From a virus (lineage: Duplodnaviria > Caudoviricetes), in IMG/VR virus record IMGVR_UViG_3300005613_000374, positions 1-25,776 of that record: a stretch of 25,776 nt of DNA; one strand, written 5' to 3'. The translations under genes were made by a program, and so were the position numbers. Below are positions 16,233 to 25,548 of this stretch, in pieces. A model generated the notes under the pieces. That model made no database searches. It saw only the letters and a program-made list of their open reading frames with translations, and was not told the DNA's origin. Every line of letters begins with the position of its first letter. Position 1 is the stretch's first letter.

Positions 16233-17417
16233 ATGTATCAAGTAATTCAATGGTTGAAAGACACCGCAGAGGCCGTTCACGAAAAGGGAGAGACTCCCTC
16301 CAGTGGTCAATTTGCCGAGGCCATGTTCTGGGGCGCGGTCGAATCTGACAGGGGAGCGGAATATACGGATGAACGGCGCAAGTTGGTGAAAGAACGGGCG
16401 TTCGACATTCAGATGGACGCGTTTACGGTGTTGGAGAAGAATTGGCGGCAAATGAACGGCCAGGAATTCGTTGAGACGATGACCACCGCTCATTTCGCAG
16501 ATTATTTCTCCACTGCTCTATCCAGACTGTTCTTCAAGGACTATGAATATCAAGCAGGAGCCTGGGTGAACTATACCTATGCTGATACAACGCCCGACTT
16601 TCGGGATGTAGACCGGCACAGGATGACCGAGCCAGGGACGTTGTATCGCCGGCGTGAGAAGGCTGAAGCCAAAGCGACGGACATTTCTGACAGTCACATT
16701 TCTTACGGGGTAGAGGAATACGCGCGTCAGTTCGACGTGAGTTGGCAAACTATCGTCAACGACGATCTGGGCAAGATCAAAGAAACCCCGGAGAGAATGT
16801 TCAAGGCAGCCAAACGATTCGAGGATAGTTTCGTCTCGAATCTGTACGACAATGCGACCACGCAGGCTACAATTGCCGCGCTGGGAGCGCCTTGGTCCGG
16901 CACAGGCCGGTTGACCGCTGCTAACCTGGCTATCGGACTGAACGCTATGATGCAACGGACGGATGCCAGTGGCATACAGATGAATATCGGTCGGGTGCAT
17001 CTAGTCATTCCGCCCATTCTCAAGATTCAGGCCCAATCTGTACTCAAGGACTTGATTCAATATGGAGCAGGTGGAGTGGGAGACATCCTGTCGGAGTACA
17101 TCGCCGGCGTGCATGTGGACCCGTATATCACAACTGCTGGGGCTAACGTACCCTGGTATCTCTTCGCCGATCCTAGCGAAATACCAGCAGTGACTGTAGC
17201 CCGTCTTTCTGGTTGGACTAACCCGGCGGTCTTTATGAAGAAATCCAACATGGAGACCATCATGGGCAGCGCCCCGGCAGCGATTCTGATGGGATCGTTC
17301 GAGACGGGCGACATCGAGTACATGGTGGAAGATGTCATCGGTGGCTGGGACGACGCAAGCTACGTGGGGGTGACGGACTACAGAGGGCTTTATTATTCTT
17401 CAGGTACTACGGTGTAG
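16233..17417 (+). CDS. Major capsid protein (HK97 fold, Mu gpT-like)
   Basis: 394 aa; YARQFDVSWQTIVNDDLG, LVIPP, WYLFADP and DYRGLYYS motifs; synteny. Confidence 0.88.
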   Translation: MYQVIQWLKDTAEAVHEKGETPSSGQFAEAMFWGAVESDRGAEYTDERRKLVKERAFDIQMDAFTVLEKNWRQMNGQEFVETMTTAHFADYFSTALSRLFFKDYEYQAGAWVNYTYADTTPDFRDVDRHRMTEPGTLYRRREKAEAKATDISDSHISYGVEEYARQFDVSWQTIVNDDLGKIKETPERMFKAAKRFEDSFVSNLYDNATTQATIAALGAPWSGTGRLTAANLAIGLNAMMQRTDASGIQMNIGRVHLVIPPILKIQAQSVLKDLIQYGAGGVGDILSEYIAGVHVDPYITTAGANVPWYLFADPSEIPAVTVARLSGWTNPAVFMKKSNMETIMGSAPAAILMGSFETGDIEYMVEDVIGGWDDASYVGVTDYRGLYYSSGTTV

Positions 17418-17431
17418 CAGAAGGATAAACT

Positions 17432-18178
17432 ATGAAACACTGTCCACAATGTGAACGCGACTTGCCGGAATCGGAATTCGGACGTGATAAGAATAGAACC
17501 TCTGGCCTTACTTGTTGGTGCAAGGCATGTAAGAACCGTAAGGCCAGAGAGAGGTATGCTACTGACCCTGAACATCGGATTGCGAAAGCGACATATCGGA
17601 AGAAACGATTGGAAGACCCCAAGAAATATGCCAGACACTTGGAATTACAACATGACTGGAGGGCAAAACATTACAAAGACCCTGACTATGTAGCATCTGA
17701 AAGAGAACGCACTTCTTGGGCCAATAGGACTTCAGAGCAAAAACGACGCAAACGACAAACGAATCGAGTGTGGCGTGCGGAACATCGTGAACACGTAAAC
17801 CGTAGTCATCGTGAATATGTCAAAGACCGTTATCACAATGACCCACAATTCAAGAAGCAACTGCGGGACTATTTCACGAGACGCAGAAATACGGAACGCG
17901 CCAATGGAGGTTCGTATACCGCAGAAGAGTGGAATACTATGTGTTTGCTCGTTGGTGGTCGGTGTGTTGCATGTGGACAAATAGCAAAGTTGGAAGTAGA
18001 TCATATCGTTCCTGTATCAATGGGTGGCGGGAATGATATTGACAATATCCAACCTCTTTGCCGTAGTTGTAATGCTGTGAAGAGAACGGATGTGGAAGAT
18101 TTCCGCCCATTAACACTGTGGGCGATAATGCCTGAGACAAGGGCAGAGTTCGCCTGTTTGGGGGGGGACAATGGCTAA
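17432..18178 (+). CDS. Free-standing HNH homing endonuclease
   Basis: N-terminal CPQC...CKAC, basic helical linker, CVAC...VDHIVP...GGNDIDNIQPLCRSCN; AT-richer insert after the MCP gene. Confidence 0.88.
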   Translation: MKHCPQCERDLPESEFGRDKNRTSGLTCWCKACKNRKARERYATDPEHRIAKATYRKKRLEDPKKYARHLELQHDWRAKHYKDPDYVASERERTSWANRTSEQKRRKRQTNRVWRAEHREHVNRSHREYVKDRYHNDPQFKKQLRDYFTRRRNTERANGGSYTAEEWNTMCLLVGGRCVACGQIAKLEVDHIVPVSMGGGNDIDNIQPLCRSCNAVKRTDVEDFRPLTLWAIMPETRAEFACLGGDNG

Positions 18179-18455
18179 CAAAAAGAAGGCTGCTGGGGTA
18201 GTGACCAAAACAGTAAGAGGACGGTCGGTTGATTGTATCCAGCCTGGTAGTCAAGCGATGGACGATCTCTTGGCTGTCGGTTATGGTATGTCTGTGGCAG
18301 AGGCGAGGACGATCATCAAAGAAAGAGACGAGAATCCTCATTCTTGGCCTTATGAAGAGTATAAGAAGGCCAAGGCGATGTTGGCCGCTTTCGAGGCCGA
18401 GCCACAGGTCATATCTGAAACGCCAGGCTGGGTACGCCAGCGGGACGCAAGATAG
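18171..18455 (+). CDS. Hypothetical head-module protein (94 aa)
   Basis: ORF with G-rich RBS, in operon orientation. Confidence 0.7.
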   Translation: MANKKKAAGVVTKTVRGRSVDCIQPGSQAMDDLLAVGYGMSVAEARTIIKERDENPHSWPYEEYKKAKAMLAAFEAEPQVISETPGWVRQRDAR

Positions 18456-18464
18456 GAGGTAATA

Positions 18465-19472
18465 ATGGTAAATCCAGAATTGGGCTACCATGCGGGCAGG
18501 AGCCCGCAATGGGGCATTCAAGGTACTGGTCTGGGTGCTACGATTGGACCGGGTAAACAGGTGTTTTATGTAGACGCTGCTCATGCTAATGCTTCAGATT
18601 ACCACGATGGTACAGAGAGCTTTGCGCCTCTGGCTACTCTGCAGGCGTTGATCGATCGCACCGCCGCCATCACCGCCGGCACAGGTACTAGACAGCCATA
18701 TCTCAAAGAAAACGACACAATTTACATCGTGTCGGACCTTACCGAATCTGTGGTAACCGGCGATACTACTGACATGCCGGCTCATGTTAATATCGTGGGA
18801 GCTTATTCTGACGAATGGTCGCCCGCTTGGGCCACCGACGCGGTGGGTAATCCCTGTTTGACTCTGCGGGCCTTGGGTTGGACAGTACAAGGCATCAAGT
18901 TCTTACCTGGCACCGGGGCGGCTGGTATCAAGCTGGAATGGGTCCCGGGCAGTGACTACAATGCCAGCCGGACAACCATCCAGGGCTGCGAGTTCGATGG
19001 GGCTTGGAGTGGATTGTACGGGATAGAGTTCTCCGGTGCGCCGTATGATGTCAAGATCGATAAGTGCGAGTTCCGGGAACTGAGCCAGGGTGGTAACGCC
19101 TTTGCTATCATCACCACAGATTCGAGTGAAGCCAACGCCTACATGTGCAAGATCACCAGGAATCTCTTCTGGGAGAATAACAACCACATTGGCACAGCAG
19201 CAGGCGACAGGAGCTTTAACCTATCTCTATTCAAGGGCAACATCTTCCACGAAGGAGTGCTGATCGCGGCTACGCTAATGTTGGACTTACGCGGTGGCAG
19301 TCAGGGCAAGAATATCGTCGTCGGCAACCATTTCTGTGGCGACTATTCAAACACTGGTGGCTATTATGCCAATGCCGCAAGTCCTGGTAATTGGACAGGT
19401 AACTTCGCTGAGGATGTAGCTGAAGCTGAGGTTGGGGACAACAGCCTGACCATCGCCGCGCCAGCGGCTTAG
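18465..19472 (+). CDS. Parallel beta-helix (pectin lyase-like) protein 1
   Basis: FYVD...DG...PLATLQA start; repeated IxxCxF/IxxNxF rungs. Confidence 0.75.
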   Translation: MVNPELGYHAGRSPQWGIQGTGLGATIGPGKQVFYVDAAHANASDYHDGTESFAPLATLQALIDRTAAITAGTGTRQPYLKENDTIYIVSDLTESVVTGDTTDMPAHVNIVGAYSDEWSPAWATDAVGNPCLTLRALGWTVQGIKFLPGTGAAGIKLEWVPGSDYNASRTTIQGCEFDGAWSGLYGIEFSGAPYDVKIDKCEFRELSQGGNAFAIITTDSSEANAYMCKITRNLFWENNNHIGTAAGDRSFNLSLFKGNIFHEGVLIAATLMLDLRGGSQGKNIVVGNHFCGDYSNTGGYYANAASPGNWTGNFAEDVAEAEVGDNSLTIAAPAA

Positions 19473-19488
19473 ACAAGGAGATAACAAA

Positions 19489-20355
19489 ATGGGAAATCCA
19501 AAATCTGCAGCCTGGTACGGCAGCGATCTGGCAAATTATGTTATACCGGGTGCAGGACTGGGCAATGTGTTTTATTGTGACGGTTGTGCCGGGAGCAACG
19601 ATAATGATGGGCTAACTCCGCAGACTCCTAAATTGACTCTAACTGCAGCGTTGGCCTTGTGCACCAATGACATGAATGATACCATTGTGGTATTGGACTA
19701 CTGGCAGCCGGCAGGGGAGAGCTGGCCGGTTAGCATCAACAAAAGCAAGGTCAATATCATTGGCACACCTTCCGGTTCATTTCGACCCTGGGCGTGTGTT
19801 GCCCCTCCCGGTGACACGGCGGGTTTTAGCATTGCGGCCAGTGATGTCATCGTGCGCGGGTTCTACTTCGATGCTGGTGCCAGTCACGCAGGTATAGAAT
19901 TCGCCAGCAACAAGTGTCGTATGGGTATCTACGATTCGTACTTCGGTACTGGGGCAATGGGTGTAATGAGTGCCGCTGGTGGAATAGAGTTCGGGTTGGA
20001 AATACGTAATTGTTTCTTCCAACAGTCCTTGACCGCGCAGGGTATCTATATCAACGATGATCCGGCTTTTATCAAGATTATCGGCAATGTGTTTGACCGG
20101 GTGCAGGGTGTGGCTATCGAGGTGGTACAGGGTGGCGCTCCTATGATCTTGGACAACGTTATCGCCTTACCGTCCAATACGGCAGGCATGGCTATCACGT
20201 TAGGTGCTTCAGTCACGCGGGCTATCGTCAATGGCAACTCGGCCAACTACGGCGATACGGTCATGGGTAATGTACCATTCACTGATGGAGCCGGCGCTGG
20301 GGTTAATAGTTGGCTATTGAACTATCAAGGCACGACAGCGGCAATGCCGAACTAG
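19489..20355 (+). CDS. Parallel beta-helix protein 2
   Basis: FYCDG...NDNDGLTPQTPKLTLTAAL...DTIVV; IRNCFF and IIGNVF rungs. Confidence 0.75.
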   Translation: MGNPKSAAWYGSDLANYVIPGAGLGNVFYCDGCAGSNDNDGLTPQTPKLTLTAALALCTNDMNDTIVVLDYWQPAGESWPVSINKSKVNIIGTPSGSFRPWACVAPPGDTAGFSIAASDVIVRGFYFDAGASHAGIEFASNKCRMGIYDSYFGTGAMGVMSAAGGIEFGLEIRNCFFQQSLTAQGIYINDDPAFIKIIGNVFDRVQGVAIEVVQGGAPMILDNVIALPSNTAGMAITLGASVTRAIVNGNSANYGDTVMGNVPFTDGAGAGVNSWLLNYQGTTAAMPN

Positions 20356-20365
20356 GAGGTTAGAT

Positions 20366-20530
20366 ATGGCTAACAAGAAAGTCGAAAAGAAAGTCAAGGA
20401 TAAACCGAAGGTCAAAATTGAACCTCGGTTTCAGTCGGAGGTCGAGTTGGTGCAGTTCCTGAAGAACCAGTTAGACATGTCTCCGGCGGATAAACAGAAG
20501 ATGCTTGACGATATTCGTAAGAAGACATAG
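20366..20530 (+). CDS. Small Lys-rich protein (54 aa, not in track)
   Basis: MANKKVEKKVKDKPKVKIEPRFQSEVELVQFLKNQLDMSPADKQKMLDDIRKKT; RBS AGGAGGT. Confidence 0.75.
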   Translation: MANKKVEKKVKDKPKVKIEPRFQSEVELVQFLKNQLDMSPADKQKMLDDIRKKT

Positions 20531-20539
20531 GAGATCGCT

Positions 20540-21514
20540 ATGACCGTAAGAGACAGAACGGCGGGCTATATGCCCGGTCAGGCGGGTGTGTTGGGAATTG
20601 ACTTCACCGCGCGCTATGCCAAGTCCATGATGGCCGATAGTCGTCTCCTATACGTCAATCCCAATCATGATCGTGCTACGGATAATGGTAACACCGGAGA
20701 AGACCCGGAGTGTCCCTTTGCTACGGTAGCAGCCGCTCTTCTCCGGTGTAGAGACAATCGGGGCGATGTAATCTTTGTCGGTCAGAACGACGACTGGCAA
20801 TATGGTGGTGGTTCGGACTGGAATACTGCTATCGAAGAGGAAATAACTGTCACTGTCGATGGAATTAGTATCGTCGGGACATCGCCGGGCGGCCTGGGAG
20901 TCTACTGGTCACCGGTGACAGCCGGTGGATTGGGAACATGCATCACGGTGTACGCTCTGGATGTGTTGATCGAAGGCATCGCCTTTGTTGGTGGGACTCC
21001 GGGCGGTAGGGCCATCTATTGCGAATGGGATGGTATGACCTTGTACGGGGAAAATACAGTAGTTCGCAATTGTTTCTTTGACGATGACATAGATATCGGG
21101 ATTCAATTGGAGTTTGCCTGGAACTGTGAGATCAGCCACTGCAACTTCCAGGAATGCGACGATGCTGGCATTTACGTAGACCCGGGGGGAAGCGGAGCGG
21201 AGTACAACCGTATCCATCATAACATCTTTCACAACATTCTTGGAGCGGGGGCTATTTCCATGCAGGGCGGCGCACACAACCATATCTGGGCCAATACTAT
21301 CTACAACAGCGAGGCCCAGAGCGCGGCTGTGGCTACTGACGAGGGGATCGATCTCACGGTTGGCAGTTGCAACTTGGTATACGATAACTACTTCAGTTGT
21401 GTATTACCGGCAGGAGCCAATGGTGACTGGGATGATCTAAATACCGGAACGATATCGGACTCATGGGTTGGCAACTGGACGACTAATGGCATGGCGGTTA
21501 CTATGCCGACATAA
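20540..21514 (+). CDS. Parallel beta-helix protein 3
   Basis: LYVN...PECPFATVAAALLRC...GDVIFV; VRNCFF, ISHCNF and IHHNIF rungs. Confidence 0.75.
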   Translation: MTVRDRTAGYMPGQAGVLGIDFTARYAKSMMADSRLLYVNPNHDRATDNGNTGEDPECPFATVAAALLRCRDNRGDVIFVGQNDDWQYGGGSDWNTAIEEEITVTVDGISIVGTSPGGLGVYWSPVTAGGLGTCITVYALDVLIEGIAFVGGTPGGRAIYCEWDGMTLYGENTVVRNCFFDDDIDIGIQLEFAWNCEISHCNFQECDDAGIYVDPGGSGAEYNRIHHNIFHNILGAGAISMQGGAHNHIWANTIYNSEAQSAAVATDEGIDLTVGSCNLVYDNYFSCVLPAGANGDWDDLNTGTISDSWVGNWTTNGMAVTMPT

Positions 21515-21535
21515 GGGAGAGCAAGGTGAGGCACT

Positions 21536-21682
21536 ATGAACGAAAAATACAAGCAGAGATACCAACAACGTGATGAGCGGTTTAAGGCCAAGGTCAAAGA
21601 GCTGCAGAAGTGCAAGAAATGGAAGCCTGAGCACGAGGAATGGGCCAAGCAGAAAGGCCTCGTTGAGCTGTTGAAAGACTGA
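21536..21682 (+). CDS. Small basic protein (48 aa, not in track)
   Basis: MNEKYKQRYQQRDERFKAKVKELQKCKKWKPEHEEWAKQKGLVELLKD; RBS AAGGTGAGG; fills the gap exactly. Confidence 0.7.
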   Translation: MNEKYKQRYQQRDERFKAKVKELQKCKKWKPEHEEWAKQKGLVELLKD

Positions 21683-21683
21683 C

Positions 21684-22094
21684 ATGACTTCAACTTACGC
21701 CAATGGTATATTATACCTTAACGCTGGAGACAACCTATCCGAAGATTTGACCTATCTGGGCGATCTCACTGGGCGTACTCTGTTATGGATTACGATCAAG
21801 AGGTCGCAACAGGATGCCGACGGAGCGGCACTTATGCAGATCGAAGAGACTGCCGGGCTAGAGTACATCAACGGAGGTGAGGCCGGCACGTCAGGGAATG
21901 GGGTCATTACTGTAACCAATATCGCCGCCGGTAATTTGACCTGGACCTTGCGAGCAACTGAGAGTATCAAGCTGGCCGATGTAGCTGGCAAATGCTATCT
22001 CGATGTCAAGTGGGCCGATGCTGCCGGAGATGTATGGACCTTATACCGGCGCAAGGTGGTCTTTACCACAGACATCACCAGGGCGGTGAGCTGA
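21684..22094 (+). CDS. Ig-like virion protein (BppU N-terminal-like)
   Basis: LTG...TIKR...ITVTNIAAGNLTWTL...CYLDVKW pattern. Confidence 0.6.
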   Translation: MTSTYANGILYLNAGDNLSEDLTYLGDLTGRTLLWITIKRSQQDADGAALMQIEETAGLEYINGGEAGTSGNGVITVTNIAAGNLTWTLRATESIKLADVAGKCYLDVKWADAAGDVWTLYRRKVVFTTDITRAVS

Positions 22095-22534
22095 TGTCTT
22101 GCGATGGTAGATATGCTAACGCCGATGACTATCAGGCAGAGTGGGGCTGTGAGGTCAATCCCGACTATGAGAGTCTTATCAATCGAGAATTAGACCTCTC
22201 GGCCTCACAAATACACGCAGCTATGGCTGCGGTAGCTGCTTGTGATTGCACCCTGGCGGACTGGGCCATACAGTACCTGAAGCATCTTAACTGTATTATA
22301 GCCGCTTTGACATTACAAGGTGCATGTCCCTGTCCGAATCTGACGCAGGAGAAAATCAGTATCTACATGGAGTGGGCCAACACGCGGTTGGAAGAAGTGC
22401 GGACTGGCAAGATCGAATTATGTACCGGCGAGACTGGGATTGATTACCCTGCCTTCGCGGTGGCCGAGATAGCGGTGACTGACTTTGCGGCCCAGCGTAT
22501 CTGGGAGAATTACTGCAAACGGAGTCGGACCTGA
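22094..22534 (+). CDS. Putative head-tail adaptor (Cys-rich, 146 aa)
   Basis: TGATG coupling at 22092-22096; YANADD start, LDLSASQIHAAM and LEEVRTGKIEL resemble Mu gp36-like adaptors. Confidence 0.65.
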   Translation: MSCDGRYANADDYQAEWGCEVNPDYESLINRELDLSASQIHAAMAAVAACDCTLADWAIQYLKHLNCIIAALTLQGACPCPNLTQEKISIYMEWANTRLEEVRTGKIELCTGETGIDYPAFAVAEIAVTDFAAQRIWENYCKRSRT

Positions 22535-23127
22535 TGACAGTAAAGTTTCGTAGTGCAGGTGGTGGGGTTAAACTGATTGCCATAACGCCGAAACCATTGC
22601 GTGTTAAGCAGATGGAGGCGGTTATTCTCAAGGACATGCAAAAGATGGCCAGGGAAATAAAGAAAGACTTTGCCAAGACGACGGCCACCTGGGATACGAA
22701 TGTGCAATTTCAGTACAGAACCAAGCCGCCGGCCAAACCGATGACTGGACGGGCGCAAATAGATATTCAAGTGGGGCCTAAGCCTGGTACCAAAGGCGCT
22801 GAGATTTACGGTTATGTGGACAAGGGCACCAGAGGCCCGTACCCAATTCCCAAGGCAGGCAATACCAGGGCGAAGACGCTGATATTCCAATGGGGTGGAA
22901 AGGGTTCTTACAAAGCGAAGACTAAGCCTCGTGTGTTGGGATCTACAGGTGGTGGTCCATCTGGGCCAATCATACACCGTAAGAGGGTAATGCATCCCGG
23001 TATTAAGCATCCTCGCAAATTCACCGAGACCATTGCCCGACGGTGGGGGCAGCTTAGTCGAGGCTATGCCACTAAGACCCTGAGCGCGGTATCGTTGGCT
23101 TCCGGGCACAGTATGAAAGGGAAATGA
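22534..23127 (+). CDS. HK97 gp10-like neck/tail completion protein
   Basis: Basic; YVDKGTRG.YPIP and KRVMHPG motifs. Confidence 0.65.
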   Translation: MTVKFRSAGGGVKLIAITPKPLRVKQMEAVILKDMQKMAREIKKDFAKTTATWDTNVQFQYRTKPPAKPMTGRAQIDIQVGPKPGTKGAEIYGYVDKGTRGPYPIPKAGNTRAKTLIFQWGGKGSYKAKTKPRVLGSTGGGPSGPIIHRKRVMHPGIKHPRKFTETIARRWGQLSRGYATKTLSAVSLASGHSMKGK

Positions 23128-23402
23128 GTATGGAAAAGAAGGAATCATATACTGTAGAGGTTGAAGAAAAGACTACCAAACCACGGCAGGAGGCTCCGGT
23201 GATGGAAGGTGTTCCTTGGGAAAAACTGAAATTCAAAATCAACGTGAAGGATTTCGCCCAATTGATGCGAGATAACGAACTATATACCTATGAGGATGTA
23301 CGGAATAATTCCCGGTTGGTAGTCGGGTTGTTGCAACGTATCTACAAAGTGGATTTAGGAGTAGTGTTGGCTTTCGCCAAAGAGCATGAGGAGGTTGACT
23401 AA
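23124..23402 (+). CDS. Hypothetical protein (92 aa)
   Basis: Translationally coupled at both ends (ATGA, TAATG). Confidence 0.7.
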   Translation: MSMEKKESYTVEVEEKTTKPRQEAPVMEGVPWEKLKFKINVKDFAQLMRDNELYTYEDVRNNSRLVVGLLQRIYKVDLGVVLAFAKEHEEVD

Positions 23403-24886
23403 TGGCAAATGATTTAACGACTAGAAGTGGCGCGCTGTGGGTGCAGCCCGATGGTCCGAATACAGAGGTGGTATATCTCGGCTGTCATGGGGCAGACGAA
23501 ATCTCGGAGGCCATGGGCGGTATTGAAATGTTACGTTGCTTTACCAGGGATGGAGCTGGTTGGGATGTTACCGGTCAGACGATTACTCCTCCCGATCCGG
23601 TGACGGTAACGATCAATACCAGGTTGCGCAGTGTGCGTAGCTACATGCAGAAACTGGACTGTGCCTTCTCGTTGTATCTGTTACAACGAGACTGCGGAAC
23701 GGCAGACGAGTTCAACAACTATGTACGAGGGGATATCCTTAAGAGCTGTCGGGTTACCAGCAAGACCAAGGGCCCGGTAGTGTCTATCGAAGAGGATGCT
23801 GAATCTATGCTTTCGGTAGATGTGTCTGCCCACCCTCCTGTGTTGGAAATTCCCAATTTGGTAATAGACCGCTTGACGGCTGATACCTTAGCAGTCACCG
23901 GAGCGTACTGTGCTGTACCGAACATGGACTTGCGTTGTTACGGTGAATGCGGAGATAAGTTGAAGCGAGGCGAGCAGATACTAATGGTGGGCGAGAGCGG
24001 TGTGGGACCCTTGCTAGCTGAGTTAGAATTTTCGGCAGATTCCGGGGCCATTTTCGCCGATACAGCCACTGATCCATTTGCGGCTGGTGCTGGGGCTTTT
24101 AGTGGAACGCGCTTCCCAATGGGGCGTGATGGATACAGATGGTTAGTATGGAAAGAAACGGAGGCAGCCACGCAGGGTGAGATTGCCTATTGCGACGATC
24201 TACTCGGTACGACCTGGACATCCGTAAATGTTGGTGGAGCCGCTGCTGCGGAGGGTTCTGTATGGGGCCAGGGTTGTTTTAGTCTTCACGGGCGATTCAT
24301 CTTCATAACAGGAGCTAACGGTTCTATCTGGAAGAGTACTGATTATGGCGAAACCTGGACGCAGGTAGAAGCCGGGGTAATTCATGCCGGCGATTACAAC
24401 TGTATTCACTTTGCCGACGAGAATTACGGAGTGGCTGGTGGGGCAGCTGATGTTATTGCGGTAACCACCGATGGGGGAGAAACTTGGAGTGCAGCCACAG
24501 CTACAGGTGGAGGCGGAGACATTAAGTGTTGCTGGCAGCATGACAAGAACCGTATCTGGGTAGGTACGGATGACGGCGAGATCTTCTTCAGTCGGGATGG
24601 GGGCACGACCTGGACAGAACGCACCGGTTGGGCCGGAACTGGGGTAGGCAGTGTTAACAGCATGAGTTGGTATGATGACCATTACGGCTTTATCTGCTCA
24701 GATACTGCCGCGCCGGTAGGCACGGTGCTACGTACTATCAACGGCGGCTATGACTGGGAAGCTATCGATACACCGACCAATGCGGGGCTGACACACATCG
24801 CCTGTGTTGCGCCTGATGTGGCTTATGGTACGGGGCTGGCACAGGGTGGTAGTTCGTTTTACTTCAAGATCAGAGAGTCGGCTTAA
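23402..24886 (+). CDS. Putative major tail tube protein fused to a BNR/Asp-box beta-propeller
   Basis: About 150-aa N-terminal domain at the tail-tube position, before chaperones and tape measure; Asp-box-like repeats SADSGAIF, STDYGETW, TTDGGETW, SRDGGTTW, TINGGYDW. Confidence 0.7.
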   Translation: MANDLTTRSGALWVQPDGPNTEVVYLGCHGADEISEAMGGIEMLRCFTRDGAGWDVTGQTITPPDPVTVTINTRLRSVRSYMQKLDCAFSLYLLQRDCGTADEFNNYVRGDILKSCRVTSKTKGPVVSIEEDAESMLSVDVSAHPPVLEIPNLVIDRLTADTLAVTGAYCAVPNMDLRCYGECGDKLKRGEQILMVGESGVGPLLAELEFSADSGAIFADTATDPFAAGAGAFSGTRFPMGRDGYRWLVWKETEAATQGEIAYCDDLLGTTWTSVNVGGAAAAEGSVWGQGCFSLHGRFIFITGANGSIWKSTDYGETWTQVEAGVIHAGDYNCIHFADENYGVAGGAADVIAVTTDGGETWSAATATGGGGDIKCCWQHDKNRIWVGTDDGEIFFSRDGGTTWTERTGWAGTGVGSVNSMSWYDDHYGFICSDTAAPVGTVLRTINGGYDWEAIDTPTNAGLTHIACVAPDVAYGTGLAQGGSSFYFKIRESA

Positions 24887-24902
24887 TCGCTGGCTAGCTG
24901 AT

Positions 24903-24968
24903 GCGGCAGTTAGGTAATGATGATAGTCCCCCGATCATTACCTACTGCCGCGAGATATGGGGGGCTAA
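24903..24968 (+). promoter_or_regulatory. Long hairpin/pseudoknot covering the tail chaperone RBS
   Basis: 18-bp stem 24903-24921/24934-24951 with one bulge; loop AGTCCCCC is complementary to GGGGGCT before ATG 24970. Confidence 0.6.
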
Positions 24969-24969
24969 G

Positions 24970-25548
24970 ATGACTGATAAGTTACGATTGTTCGTGACTA
25001 GATCGGGACGTGAGATACCACTGCGACCTATTGCTACTAAGACGCTGGATGATTTGCAGATACTCATTCAGCAGGTAGAAAACATTCGACCGCCGACCTA
25101 TACCGTCAAGATACTGGATGAGGATATAGAAGAGATTGAACACGATCTTACTACGCTGAAGACAGCGGAGGATCGGATAGCTTGGGAGGCATACGAACAG
25201 CGTGTAGCAACAGCTTCCGCTGAAGTCAATCGCAAAGTAACGAATGCCTATATCGTTTTTGGCGTAGTCATGGAACCGCCAGACGATAACTGGGAAGAAG
25301 ACTTTGAATTCTGTGGCATACCTGTTCCCGTTGGGGCCACGGAGCGCAAGGTCTTTTATGTAGAACGAGTATTATTAGCAGATCCGGCTGATCAGCGAGA
25401 CTTTGTACAACGAGTCTATCTAATCTCGCAATTGACAGGGGAGGCGCTAGAACGCGCCGATGCCCTCTTTCGAGGTGCAGTGGAGGACGGGAAGGGTCTG
25501 GACAGCCTTGTCAAAGCTACCGGTCAAACGGGGGCGGTGGCGGCATAG
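24970..25548 (+). CDS. Tail assembly chaperone (gpG-like)
   Basis: Between tail tube and tape measure; acidic; ATG 24970. Confidence 0.7.
   Translation: MTDKLRLFVTRSGREIPLRPIATKTLDDLQILIQQVENIRPPTYTVKILDEDIEEIEHDLTTLKTAEDRIAWEAYEQRVATASAEVNRKVTNAYIVFGVVMEPPDDNWEEDFEFCGIPVPVGATERKVFYVERVLLADPADQRDFVQRVYLISQLTGEALERADALFRGAVEDGKGLDSLVKATGQTGAVAA

Noticed and set aside
15663-16493. 276-aa minus-strand ORF and other long antisense ORFs in the late region
   Set aside because: Shadow ORFs of well-supported structural genes.
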